Notes: generated by a model from the sequence alone, not told the origin. 64,000 nucleotides of DNA from an uncultured delta proteobacterium (GCA_963729715.1 CAVSPA010000003.1:125682-189681), one strand, 5' to 3'. Shown: positions 9,280-19,204, counted from the stretch's first letter. Numbers and translations: made by a program.

Positions 9280-9332
9280 GTAGTGCAGGACTTTAGCCCT
9301 GGCAATTGAGCAGACATGAATGTCTGCACTGC
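9280..9332. repeat. Inverted GTAG-type REP doublet
   Basis: GTAGTGCAGGACTTTAGCCCTG followed by GCAGACATGAATGTCTGCACTGC (hairpin GCAGAC/GTCTGC). Confidence 0.5.
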
Positions 9333-9499
9333 GTTTTTTCATCTTCGTTTCATCCTCCTTTTACCCGCTTCATTCTTTTTCTCGTTTCACATAAGACATT
9401 TCGCAGTCCACAATAATGGATCCTGCCTATGGCATCTGGCAATAATTTGTAATATCCTTTGGCCAGGAGTATCGTGTGAATAGAAAGGAGAAGGGCCAC

Positions 9500-9685
9500 A
9501 TGAAAAGGCTATCCTCGAGAGATACTATATTGTTCATGGCCGGCATGCTTTTGCTTCTGCTCCCGGTAGTGACACGCGCCCAATCCGGGGGTCCGCCGCC
9601 GACTGAAAGGAGAGTCTTCGGCCCGGCCGCTCACGAGGGAGAGACTATACATCCGTCCGCCAGCGGCGGAAGTATGAGAAGATAG
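9500..9685 (+). CDS. Small hypothetical protein with signal peptide (possibly a fragment)
   Basis: AAGGAG upstream; hydrophobic stretch ending VTRA. Confidence 0.4.
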   Translation: MKRLSSRDTILFMAGMLLLLLPVVTRAQSGGPPPTERRVFGPAAHEGETIHPSASGGSMRR

Positions 9686-9695
9686 ATGTCTGTCG

Positions 9696-10502
9696 CTATT
9701 TCCTGAAAATCTTGTGCAGGAATTTTTGCAGTTCCTCCCGGGATTTCATGTCCGCATCGCGGTTGTATGCAATGGGGATATTGTACTTCTTTCCTAATTC
9801 ATCAGCCTCAGGATTAGTGAAGCTGTGAACCGCACCCGGATAGGAGATGAACTTGAAATCAGCGCCCGCTGCTTTCATCTCGTTTTTGAAAGCCTCGACC
9901 TGGTCTCTTGTAACGAAGTTGTCGTCCGCGCCGTGAAGGACGAGTATCTTTGCCTTGATGGAGCTCGGCTGGGCGGGCCTGACTGCCGTCAGGTTTCCAT
10001 GAAAGCTCGCAACACCCTTTAGATCAACTCCCTGCCGCGCCATGTTGAGCACAATCCCGCCGCCGAAGCAATAGCCAGTGGCTGCGATCCGCGTGGGGTC
10101 GGCGGCGGGTTGGCCTTTGAGAAAATCCATTGCTGCCATGAAGCGCGCCTTCCCGACGTCGAAATTCTTCATGAGCGCTGAAGAGAATTTTCCCGCATCG
10201 TCAGGATGCTGTGCTACCTTGCCTTCGCCGTACATGTCCACTACGAGGGCGGTATATCCCAGCTATGCGAACATGCGCGCCCGCTTGCGGGCGTAGTCAT
10301 TGAGGCCCCACCACTCATGGACTACCAACACTCCCGGGCGTTTCCCCTTCATATTTTCATCATAGGCTAGGTAGCTTTTCATCATGACACCCTCTGCGCT
10401 ATAGGACGCTTGCTTCCCCAGGATCCTTGGATCCGCATGGGCGATACCCGCCATGCACAGAATCAATGCAAAGACAGAGAGCATTCCGAATAAATTTTTC
10501 AT
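9696..10502 (-). pseudogene. Exported dienelactone hydrolase family protein with one in-frame TAG (10263-10265)
   Basis: VHEWWGLN...RARMFA*LGYTALVVDMYG...GYCFGG...SFHG...GAVHSFTNP; both halves are in the same frame. Confidence 0.85.
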
Positions 10503-10584
10503 GACCTCCCCCTTTCGCATTTTTTGATTTGATCATTTGGATTCTGAAACTGCCGGCAACCTTATCAGCTTCAGAACTATGATT

Positions 10585-11802
10585 CTAAAACAAAACGTTC
10601 AACACCTTGTCCATTTCCTTGAGGGTGGAGAGGATATCCGCGGCCTCATCCGGTTTCAGGGCCTCCGGCTTGATCACCGTGAGAAGAGACTGCACGGCAT
10701 CGATGGCTTCTCCGACACGCAGGTCATTATCCATATGCCGGGCAAAGGCAAGCTTAAGGCGGACGCCCGCTTGAGAACGCTCGGGGGGCTTGCCGGACGC
10801 CCTTGCCGCGATGCCATGCATGAGGCTTCTTAACTCGAGAAGATTCTCTTTTGCGCGGCGCATATTCTTCTCCGTATAGTTGATCCGCTTCCGATAGTGA
10901 TTCGCTATCAGGAAGAACCTGATTTCCGCGGGACTGTATCCTTCGGCGAGTAATGTCTCAGTATAGTAGATATTTCCCTTGCTCTTGGACATCTTCTGTC
11001 CCTGTATAAACAGATGCTGGCAGTGGAGCCAGTATCGCGCCATGTCATAAGGCCGCACGGACTCGAGAATGGCGCGCGTGTAGTCGTGATGGCGGATCAG
11101 GTTGTCGATTCCTCCGCAGTAGATAGAGAGGCTCTCCTGGAAATACCGGTTTACCATGCTTGCGTCCTGAATGTTCCATGCGGGCCTGCCTTGTCCTATT
11201 GATGTCTTCCAGTAGTCCCTTTCTCCCACCTTGCGGCCGTGCCAGAGAATAAAGTCGCCGAGATTCCAGCGCATGCCCGGATAGGTGTCTTTACTGAAGC
11301 GCCTTTTCGTCTTCGGCCACCGCGACATATCGAGGCCGTAAATTTTTCCGAAACCTTTAAATTTCAACGGATCAAAATAGACGTCGCCCCGATGCCAGTA
11401 TGCTGCGCCGCACGCGACAAGGCCCTTGATGATCTTTACCGCCTCGTCGACCGAGCGGGAAGCGCGGGGAAGATAATCCGGTTTCTTGATCTTGAGGAGG
11501 AACATTTCATCGAGAAAGGATTTGATATTTTCTTCTGTCAGCCGCTTTACTGTTGTATGCCTTTTTTCCGCTTCGAGGACAGCCTTATCCTCGATATCGG
11601 TGAAGTTCATTCCCCGTCTCACCTTACAGCCGGAATATTCAAGATATCTGACGAGGACATCCTCGAACGTGAATGTCCTGAAATTGCCGATATGAGCCCG
11701 CTGGTAGACGGAAGGGCCGCAGGTAAATATATTCACGACTTCCGGGTTAACGGGGTGAAAAACCTGCAATTGCTTTCCCATTGAATTGTAGAGGTGCAGC
11801 AT
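10585..11802 (-). CDS. Cysteinyl-tRNA synthetase-like protein (divergent, C-terminally short paralog)
   Basis: CGPSVY, HIGN, NFTDIEDK, DFILW and KMSKSKGN retained; GRPAWNIQD and DNLIRHHDYT replace GRPGWHIEC and DLxFPHHENE. Confidence 0.85.
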   Translation of the reverse strand: MLHLYNSMGKQLQVFHPVNPEVVNIFTCGPSVYQRAHIGNFRTFTFEDVLVRYLEYSGCKVRRGMNFTDIEDKAVLEAEKRHTTVKRLTEENIKSFLDEMFLLKIKKPDYLPRASRSVDEAVKIIKGLVACGAAYWHRGDVYFDPLKFKGFGKIYGLDMSRWPKTKRRFSKDTYPGMRWNLGDFILWHGRKVGERDYWKTSIGQGRPAWNIQDASMVNRYFQESLSIYCGGIDNLIRHHDYTRAILESVRPYDMARYWLHCQHLFIQGQKMSKSKGNIYYTETLLAEGYSPAEIRFFLIANHYRKRINYTEKNMRRAKENLLELRSLMHGIAARASGKPPERSQAGVRLKLAFARHMDNDLRVGEAIDAVQSLLTVIKPEALKPDEAADILSTLKEMDKVLNVLF

Positions 11803-11864
11803 TTATCGCTGTCTCCTTTCGCTGGTCATATAATCACGAAGCCCGACGTTTTAGGATTTCTCAT

Positions 11865-13292
11865 TTATTTCAATTCCAGCCTCTTCCATTTCCCCCGGTG
11901 AAACCACCAGGCCATCATCAGCCCCTGGCAGGCCATAGAGACCACCATGGCAGACCAGACGCCCGGAGCCCCGAATCCCATATACAGCGCCAGGAATACG
12001 GCAAGGGGGAGCCGGATTAACCACATGGTAATAATGATGACCCACATGGTCCCCCGTGTATCACCCGCTCCTTGAAGGCCACCTCCCATCACCGTACTTA
12101 AGGCGAGGAAGGGTTCGGAAACCATGTTGAATCTGAGATACCGCGCCGTTTCCGCAAGGACGGCCGGCTCCGAAGTCAGTGTGGATGCGAAGCTCTCCGC
12201 CCAGATAAAGATGATAACGGCCATAATGCTGGTAACCACTATCCCCAAGCCGGCAAGCTTCCAGCCCATCTTTTCGGCCCTTTCCGGATCACCGGCGCCC
12301 ATGTTCTGGCCCACGATGACCGATGCAGCCATATTAAAGGCAAAGGCAGGAAGGAAAATGATCGCCTCAATCCGAAGCCCATTGGCAATAGACGCGAGGG
12401 CGGTGATGCTTGCCTCTTTCAATCTTGCGAGAACATTATACAGCAGTATGCTCGCCATATTCCAGGCGACTTGAAGAAATCCGGCGGGCCAGCCAATGTT
12501 GAAAATTGTTTTGATGGTATCAAGAGATACTGCCCAGAAATGTGAAAAAACCCGGCGCCACCTCTCACTGATCCACAAGAAGACCAGATTCATCAGGGTT
12601 CCCAACAGCGTCGAAATGGCCGTAGAAAAAGCAATTCCCGCGTAACCGAGTTTCGGAAAAGGGGGAATGCCGAACACAAGCAGGAAATCCAGGGCGATGT
12701 TTACGATACTGATAATAAACATTGTTACGAGGGGTTTTTTCACCTCCGCGCCGGCACGGAAAATAGTATTCGAAATGATTAGCAGGTAATTGGGTCCGAG
12801 AGCGAAGGCGAAGATCTGCAAGAAATTTTCGGCAATGTCCGTAATCTCCGGCGGGAAGCCGGCCGCTGATATGATGCCGCGATAAAATATGAAGCAAACC
12901 GCAGTGAGGGCGACGGAAATCAAGAGTCCCAGAAGGAGCGACTGCTTTGCAGCATCAATGGCCCGCTCCTCGTCTCTGGCGCCGATGGCCCTCGAAATCA
13001 CGGCCAATGAGCCTATGCTGATGGCATTTGCAACAATGATGACGAGGAAATAGATCTGGGTAATGAAGCCGACTGCCGCTTGAACATTCGCGCCGATAAG
13101 ACCGGCGACGTAGACATCGGTGAAGCCGACCAGGAAACCGAAGATCATCATGATGAGCATGGGCCAAGAAAGTTTCCAGATGCCGGTCCAGATATTTCCC
13201 GTGGTAACGTCGATGATCCGGTCTTTGAACATTGCCATAGAACCCGCGCGTGAGAACTTTTTCCGCAGAATGCAGAGTAGGGGGTATGTCAA
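11865..13292 (-). CDS. MATE family efflux transporter (start may be a downstream ATG)
   Basis: About 12 TM segments; LSWP, NIALDFLLVFG, VIVGQNMGAG, LQGAGDT motifs. Confidence 0.92.
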   Translation of the reverse strand: MTYPLLCILRKKFSRAGSMAMFKDRIIDVTTGNIWTGIWKLSWPMLIMMIFGFLVGFTDVYVAGLIGANVQAAVGFITQIYFLVIIVANAISIGSLAVISRAIGARDEERAIDAAKQSLLLGLLISVALTAVCFIFYRGIISAAGFPPEITDIAENFLQIFAFALGPNYLLIISNTIFRAGAEVKKPLVTMFIISIVNIALDFLLVFGIPPFPKLGYAGIAFSTAISTLLGTLMNLVFLWISERWRRVFSHFWAVSLDTIKTIFNIGWPAGFLQVAWNMASILLYNVLARLKEASITALASIANGLRIEAIIFLPAFAFNMAASVIVGQNMGAGDPERAEKMGWKLAGLGIVVTSIMAVIIFIWAESFASTLTSEPAVLAETARYLRFNMVSEPFLALSTVMGGGLQGAGDTRGTMWVIIITMWLIRLPLAVFLALYMGFGAPGVWSAMVVSMACQGLMMAWWFHRGKWKRLELK

Positions 13293-13302
13293 GCGATGTT
13301 AG

Positions 13303-14298
13303 CTATGCCGATATTGAGCTCATCAGATAGTTCTGAAGGGTTTGATACATCTCAACATCAGTGTCAACCAAAGAAGCGCCAATCTTGGTTCCTTGATCAG
13401 ACCGAAACACACGTTGGGGCACGCACTGGATGCTAAGGGGCTTCTTACTTTCAGGCAGTGCGAAGGTGATGGTCATCCTGGACGCATCCCCGTCTCCCTG
13501 CTTCTTGAATTTATAGGTGCTCGGGATCGATATCTGTAATCCGCCTAGAGAAATATCTACGACCAATGCGGTTTGTAACAGCGCCTTATCCTCCAATCCA
13601 CAGCCGCCCACCAAAGCGGGAAGAGAGACGGCCTTTCTCGGATGCCGGCGTTTTTCTCCCTCCACTTTCTTGTTCCGGGAAAATTCAGGATAGAGCTTCT
13701 TCACGCAATCGGGACAGATGCTGTGCGTAAAATCGAGAGCGGAATGGCTCTTCAGATAGGATTCAACTTGTATCCAGTAGCCGTCATCATTGCGTATATT
13801 CTTGCAGTTAGCGCAGATGGGGAGAAGTCCGCTCAATGTTTTTATATTATCGAGCGCCTCTTTCAGTTCCGTTATTAGTCTTTCCTTCTCCCTTATATTG
13901 TTGAAGCGTTCTATGGAATATTTTATGGAACGATGAAGCAGAGTGCTGTCCGTCCTGTTCTTATTTAGATAGTCCTGAACACTGTGCTGCAAAGCCTGTA
14001 TGGCTGTGGCTTCATCATCGAGGCCGGTGAGGACGATAATGGGTGCATTCTTTTCTCTCTCCCCCATTTTTTTTACGGTGTCAAGGCCCTTGCTGTCAGG
14101 GAGGGACAAGTCGAGGAGAATTACATCCACCACATTTTCAGCCAAATATTTTAAGGCGTCACGGAGCCGTTCTTTGTGGACCAATTCGTAATTGACATCT
14201 TTAGATCCGTTTACGTCGGCCTGATAGATCATATCTTGAATCAATACGGCATCCGTTATGTTATCCTCGACGAGCAGTATCCTTAGTGCATTTTCCAT
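13303..14298 (-). CDS. Response regulator with CxxC...CxxC module and C-terminal PilZ domain
   Basis: REC (VEDN, LLDLSLPD); LLPICANCKNIR...HSICPDC; RRHPR and DISLGG c-di-GMP-binding motifs. Confidence 0.85.
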   Translation of the reverse strand: MENALRILLVEDNITDAVLIQDMIYQADVNGSKDVNYELVHKERLRDALKYLAENVVDVILLDLSLPDSKGLDTVKKMGEREKNAPIIVLTGLDDEATAIQALQHSVQDYLNKNRTDSTLLHRSIKYSIERFNNIREKERLITELKEALDNIKTLSGLLPICANCKNIRNDDGYWIQVESYLKSHSALDFTHSICPDCVKKLYPEFSRNKKVEGEKRRHPRKAVSLPALVGGCGLEDKALLQTALVVDISLGGLQISIPSTYKFKKQGDGDASRMTITFALPESKKPLSIQCVPQRVFRSDQGTKIGASLVDTDVEMYQTLQNYLMSSISA

Positions 14299-14321
14299 TA
14301 TCCTGTCCTCTTGATTTGTAT

Positions 14322-15986
14322 TCAGGTTAGGGGTCTGCCGTTCAGCCTCTGGTAAACCTTCACGTACTCATCAACCATAGTGTCTAAACCGTATCTCTTT
14401 CTTGCCTCCCTCATGATCCTCTTTATCTGCTGCTCTCTTATCTCCAGAGGTTTCCTGTGGAACTGCACACTCATAGAGAGTCCGTGCCATAACCCGCCAG
14501 GGTCGTAATTACAGAAGAGGAATCCGTTTCCCTCGTCGCAAGAAGCGCCATCGCACCTCAATTGTAACTCCTCTATCTTATCGCTATAACCGCCGGTGTC
14601 ACGATTCGTCGCCGTGGCGCCGAAGAGATTGCCTATCTGGTCTATCTGACCGCAAGGCTCGTAGAGGGATGCACCGAATACATCGCTCGCCGCTGCGTAG
14701 CCGAGCATGGAGAGGGGTTCGCTGAATCGCTGGTACGTTATCTTGCCGCCCGAGGCGCAGGCGATCCTCCCCATAATCTCCTCGTGGGTCTGATCGCCCT
14801 CAACGCCATTACCGACAACGGCAATCTGAACGTCGCCGTTTTCTATGACAAATCTAAGAGCAATGTCTTCGAGAAGCTCACATCCTTTCTGCGTTTCATC
14901 GAGCCGCGATGGCCAGTAGAGAAGTATCGCATCCGGATTCACGACGAGTCCCGTCCTCTTCTGAAATTCCACCAGGTTTTCCCTCTTTGCCGTCATGACA
15001 TCGTCATCGGGACCGTACTTCCTTGCAAGGTGCTCACACCTTTCCGGATACATCCGAGGGGACGGCGCATTGATGATAGAGAATACCGCACCGTGATTGT
15101 ACTTTTCCTTGACTTCCTGTCTAACGCTCGGAGGGATGAATGATCTATCCAGAAAATAGTCTTCGATGATCTCCCTGAGGAACTTTTCCCCGACAAAATT
15201 GACCAGGGTGGCGCTCTTAATGGCTGTAGCCTGGGAGTCTATGCATATCCTTCCATTTTCTTTCGAGAAGTAGATGTTCCATGTGAGGCTGTCGATATCT
15301 ACGCCAAAAAGCATATCTAAAGGGACGTGGCCTGTGTGAACGTTGTGCACCGTGTGCAGTACGGGGCAGTCCCTCGATTTGGCGTAGGCCGTAACGGCGC
15401 CGCCTGCCATCCAGTCGTGGCTGTGCACGATCAGCCTCCCTCCGCACCTCGCCCGCACTGTCTTGATGGTGTTGTTTACCAGTTCCTTCTGAAATTCAGC
15501 GGCATTGGAAAGCGGATCCCCAGAATATGGGCTGAGAAGGTTCGCATAGATAGACGAGCTTACCAGGTGGATCTTGTCAGGATCAACCTTATCTCTTACC
15601 TGACGCCATGCATGTTCATCCATGCCGCTCTCCTCTTTGAAGCGTCTTCTCAGATTAATCGTCGCCAGGTGGCAGTTGATCCCCCGCGCCAGAAGCCCCT
15701 CGGAGAGCGCGGAAACTACCTCTCCCAAGCCCCCCGACTTGCCGGATATGTATCTCGCAAGACTTCCCATGTCTTCCGGCAGCCGGCCTGTCTCCGGAGC
15801 TACAAGGAGCACCGCCGTCTTTCCTGCCTTCTTCAGGATCGTAAATGTCTTTACATTCTTCATCCCCTTCACAGGACGGTTCCCTTGACGCCGGCGCGGC
15901 CGGTTTTTTACATACATACCCTGAGGGTTATCCGCCCTGTAGCCGGAAGCCATATTCATCTGGGGCTTATGAAGTTTTCTTGCCAT
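14322..15986 (-). CDS. glgA: Glycogen/starch synthase (divergent; start uncertain)
   Basis: KSGGLGEV, HSHDW, HTVHN, SRL...QKG, SLYEPCG, TGG motifs of GT5. Confidence 0.8.
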   Translation of the reverse strand: MARKLHKPQMNMASGYRADNPQGMYVKNRPRRRQGNRPVKGMKNVKTFTILKKAGKTAVLLVAPETGRLPEDMGSLARYISGKSGGLGEVVSALSEGLLARGINCHLATINLRRRFKEESGMDEHAWRQVRDKVDPDKIHLVSSSIYANLLSPYSGDPLSNAAEFQKELVNNTIKTVRARCGGRLIVHSHDWMAGGAVTAYAKSRDCPVLHTVHNVHTGHVPLDMLFGVDIDSLTWNIYFSKENGRICIDSQATAIKSATLVNFVGEKFLREIIEDYFLDRSFIPPSVRQEVKEKYNHGAVFSIINAPSPRMYPERCEHLARKYGPDDDVMTAKRENLVEFQKRTGLVVNPDAILLYWPSRLDETQKGCELLEDIALRFVIENGDVQIAVVGNGVEGDQTHEEIMGRIACASGGKITYQRFSEPLSMLGYAAASDVFGASLYEPCGQIDQIGNLFGATATNRDTGGYSDKIEELQLRCDGASCDEGNGFLFCNYDPGGLWHGLSMSVQFHRKPLEIREQQIKRIMREARKRYGLDTMVDEYVKVYQRLNGRPLT

Positions 15987-16119
15987 GGTAATCTTCACTG
16001 CACGCGTCCTTCGTGCGAAAACAGGGTGAATATCCTTTCGCCCCAAGATAGATCACTTGCTGCACTGCTCCGGGTGGAAGGCCAATTTATTAGTATTACA
16101 CTACCATTGGCAGCGCTAA

Positions 16120-16163
16120 GCAATGAGGATTAAATGGAAGAGTAATGGTAGTCATAAGCTACC
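16120..16163 (-). promoter_or_regulatory. 44-bp upstream motif, copy C, upstream of glgA
   Basis: Minus strand GGTAG-CTTATGA-CTACC-ATTACTCTTCCATTTAATCCTCATTGC, then TTGCTT-17-TGTAAT. Confidence 0.65.
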
Positions 16164-16222
16164 TAAGAGTTTGGAATATGTAGAGGAACCGCAATGGGGT
16201 AATAAGAGCTTAAGCAAATGTT

Positions 16223-17185
16223 TTATTTGGAATTTTTATCCTTCAGCACGACCTCCTGCTTTTTCAGAAACAGCTCCGTATCAGGCGGCACCGAGTCAGT
16301 AATCCAAACGTTACCGCCGATCACCGAACGGGCTCCGATGACGGTCTTCCCGCCCAGCACGGTGGCATTTGCATAGATGATAGCATCATCTTCAATGGTC
16401 GGATGGCGCTTCTTGTTTCGGAGGCTCTCCAGCTCTTCGCGGCCGAGCGACAGGGCGCCGAGTGTCACACCCTGATAGATCCTGACACGTTTGCCGATGT
16501 TGGTCGTCTCTCCGATTACTACACCCGTACCGTGATCGATGAAGAAACTCTCTCCGATATCGGCGCCGGGATGGATATCTATTCCTGTTCTGCTGTGGGC
16601 GTGTTCCGTCATGATGCGCGGGATAAGGGGAATGTCGCTCGTGTGCAGCTGATGAGCAATGCGATAGACGGTGATGGCGAAAAGCCCCGGATAACTGAAG
16701 ATGATTTCATCGAAGCTCTTGGCGGCGGGGTCTCCTTCATAGGCCGCCTTAATGTCCGTAGCAAGCAGGACACGCAATTTGGGCATGCCGCTGAGAAAGC
16801 CGACGGCGGCCTGCTGGCCGCGCTCTTCGCAGTTTGTGCAGACCTGATTGTGTCGGATGCAGTCATGCCGTATGGCGAGCATAATCTGTTCGGAGAGGGC
16901 TTCAAAAAGAGCTGTTAACTCCTGACCGAAATAGTATCCCACGTTGATCTCATCCACACGTGTGCGAATAAAATACCCGGGATAGAGAATGCGGCACGCC
17001 ATATGTACGGCGTCGATAATGGCCTCCCGCGAGGGAATGGGTTCGGGACCCACGTGGTCAAAGCAATCGTGGCGGGTGCAGGACGCCGTCAGCTCGTCAA
17101 CAATGGGCGGTATTTCGTCGCGAAATTTTTGGGCTATCCCAATATCCATTTTGCACTGATCCGTCTTAGCTTTGTCATCATCCAT
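16223..17185 (-). CDS. cysE: Serine O-acetyltransferase
   Basis: GDPAA, YPGLFAITVYRIAH, TGIDIHPGA, FFIDHGTGVVIGET, YQGVTLG, KRHPT. Confidence 0.93.
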   Translation of the reverse strand: MDDDKAKTDQCKMDIGIAQKFRDEIPPIVDELTASCTRHDCFDHVGPEPIPSREAIIDAVHMACRILYPGYFIRTRVDEINVGYYFGQELTALFEALSEQIMLAIRHDCIRHNQVCTNCEERGQQAAVGFLSGMPKLRVLLATDIKAAYEGDPAAKSFDEIIFSYPGLFAITVYRIAHQLHTSDIPLIPRIMTEHAHSRTGIDIHPGADIGESFFIDHGTGVVIGETTNIGKRVRIYQGVTLGALSLGREELESLRNKKRHPTIEDDAIIYANATVLGGKTVIGARSVIGGNVWITDSVPPDTELFLKKQEVVLKDKNSK

Positions 17186-17201
17186 GGTGATTTTCCCTCC
17201 T

Positions 17202-18383
17202 TTACTGGACCGAGCATACCTGGTCGGCTGCATTCCAGTATGGCGACATGCTGCGCAACCTTTCGATTATGGAAGGCAGCTTTTCTGCGACAAAGTCTAT
17301 TTCTTCTTCCCTATTATAGATTGAGAGGCTGAACCTGATGGAGCCGTGGGCCATGGTGAAAGGAACACCCATGGCGCGGAGCACATGGGATGGCTGCAAT
17401 GACCCGGACGTGCAGGCGGAACCGGACGATGCGCATATCCCATAGTCGTCCATAAGCAGCAGGATGGCCTCGCCCTCGACGAACTCAAAGCTGATGTTTG
17501 TCGTATTGGGGAGCCTGTGCAGTCTGGTTCCATTCACCCGGCTGTTGGGAATGCGGGAGAGAGTCTCGGCCTCCAGTTTGTCCCGGAGGTGCAGAACTAA
17601 TCTGTTCTCTGTATCCATGTTGCGTGCCGCCAATTCGCAGGCCTTCCCCAGTCCGATAATGCTGGGTGTGTTTTCCGTACCGCCCCGACGCCCATTCTCC
17701 TGATGCCCGCCAATAAGGAAAGGCGAGAACCGCGTTCCCCTGCGGACATAAAGGATGCCGATGCCCTTTGGCGCATGAAGCTTATGACCCGATATGGAGA
17801 GCATGTCGATGGCATTCGTCTTCATGTTTATGGGAATCTTTCCCACTGCCTGGACTGCATCTGTGTGAAACAGAATGCCTCTTTCCGCTGCAAGCTCTGC
17901 GGCCTTTTCCACGGGAAAGAGAACCCCCGTTTCGTTGTTGGCCCACATGAGGCTGACGATGGCCGTATCCGGCGTGAGAGCCCTTTCATACTGGGCCATG
18001 TCGAGAATGCCGTCCTTGTCAACAGGGAGCTCCGTGATGCGGTAGCCCTGTCTGGAAAGATGGGCACACAGAGACTTGACCGCGGGATGCTCGACGCGGC
18101 TTGTCAAAACGTGGCGCCTGTCGGGATGGGCCGCCAAGGCTGACCGGATGGCTGCATTGTCGCTTTCCGTACCGCAGCTCGTGAAGATGATTTCCTCCGG
18201 CCCTGCGCCGATCAGGGCTGCCGCTTGTTCGCGGGCCTCACGTATTTTTCGTCCGACCTGACCTCCGAAGGAATGCATGCTGGACGGGTTTCCGTAAAGG
18301 TCGCGGAAATACGGGAGCATGACATCGAGAACCTCTTCTGCAACCTGCGTTGTTGCATTGTTGTCAAGATAGATCGTCTTCAT
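17202..18383 (-). CDS. nifS: Cysteine desulfurase
   Basis: YLDNNATT, HTDAVQ, SGHKLH (PLP Lys), SSGSACTS. Confidence 0.95.
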   Translation of the reverse strand: MKTIYLDNNATTQVAEEVLDVMLPYFRDLYGNPSSMHSFGGQVGRKIREAREQAAALIGAGPEEIIFTSCGTESDNAAIRSALAAHPDRRHVLTSRVEHPAVKSLCAHLSRQGYRITELPVDKDGILDMAQYERALTPDTAIVSLMWANNETGVLFPVEKAAELAAERGILFHTDAVQAVGKIPINMKTNAIDMLSISGHKLHAPKGIGILYVRRGTRFSPFLIGGHQENGRRGGTENTPSIIGLGKACELAARNMDTENRLVLHLRDKLEAETLSRIPNSRVNGTRLHRLPNTTNISFEFVEGEAILLLMDDYGICASSGSACTSGSLQPSHVLRAMGVPFTMAHGSIRFSLSIYNREEEIDFVAEKLPSIIERLRSMSPYWNAADQVCSVQ

Positions 18384-19204
18384 GGGGTCACCTCTTCAAT
18401 AACAAGCTCCGGCGATACGAAATCACGGAGTTTTAATTCGACGAAATGTTTAAGCGTGATATCCGCCGCCTTGCAGGTTGCACAGGTTCCTCTTGTGGCA
18501 ACGAGGACGCGGTTGCCGATGACATCGACGAGTTCAATGTCGCCGCCGTCCTTCTTCAGGGAGGGCCGAATCTCGCGATCGATGGTCTCCTCGATCATCT
18601 TGATCTTCTGGACGTTGGAAAGCTTCGGCCTGGCTGCGGGCGCGGCCTCGGCCCGTACCCTCTCGATAATCTCCCTGATGGCGTCATGACATCCCCCGCA
18701 GCCGCCGCCGGCTTTGGTGTAGTTCGTTACCTCTTCAACGGTCGAGAGATTATTCTCCCTCACGGCCTGCTCGATTTCCCGTTCCGTTACGCCGAAGCAC
18801 TCGCAGATGATCTGCGCCGCTGGTTCCGTGGGGGGGGCGCCCTTGTAATTCTCAATAGCCTTCTCCATGGCCTGCTTTCCCATGACAGAGCAGTGCATTT
18901 TTTCCTGGGGCAGGCCCCCGAGATAGGCCGCGATATCCTGGTTTGTCACCTTCATGGCTTCATCGAGGGTCATCCCTTTGACCATCTCCGTCAATGCGGA
19001 CGATGTCGCAATCGCGCTGGCGCAGCCAAAGGTCTTGAACTTGATGTCCTTGATCCTCCTATTCTCATCCAATTTGAAGGAAAGTTTGAGGGCATCTCCG
19101 CAGGCGATGGAACCTACTTCGGCTACGCCATCGGGGTTCTCAACTTCTCCGACATTGCGGGGATTGAGGAAGTGCTCCTTGACCTTTTCCGTATATTCCC
19201 ACAT
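18380..19204 (-). CDS. nifU: Fe-S cluster scaffold NifU
   Basis: IscU-like N-domain (CGD, FGCASA, KMHC), central CEC...GCGGC, C-terminal DGGD...CATC. Confidence 0.95.
   Translation of the reverse strand: MWEYTEKVKEHFLNPRNVGEVENPDGVAEVGSIACGDALKLSFKLDENRRIKDIKFKTFGCASAIATSSALTEMVKGMTLDEAMKVTNQDIAAYLGGLPQEKMHCSVMGKQAMEKAIENYKGAPPTEPAAQIICECFGVTEREIEQAVRENNLSTVEEVTNYTKAGGGCGGCHDAIREIIERVRAEAAPAARPKLSNVQKIKMIEETIDREIRPSLKKDGGDIELVDVIGNRVLVATRGTCATCKAADITLKHFVELKLRDFVSPELVIEEVTP

Noticed and set aside
9427-9453. TGGC motifs as a sigma-54 promoter
   Set aside because: No GC at the required -12 spacing.
10521-10587. TAG read-through extending the CysRS-like protein to restore its C-terminal domain
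   Set aside because: The downstream translation shows no anticodon-domain motif and is out of frame with the next gene.
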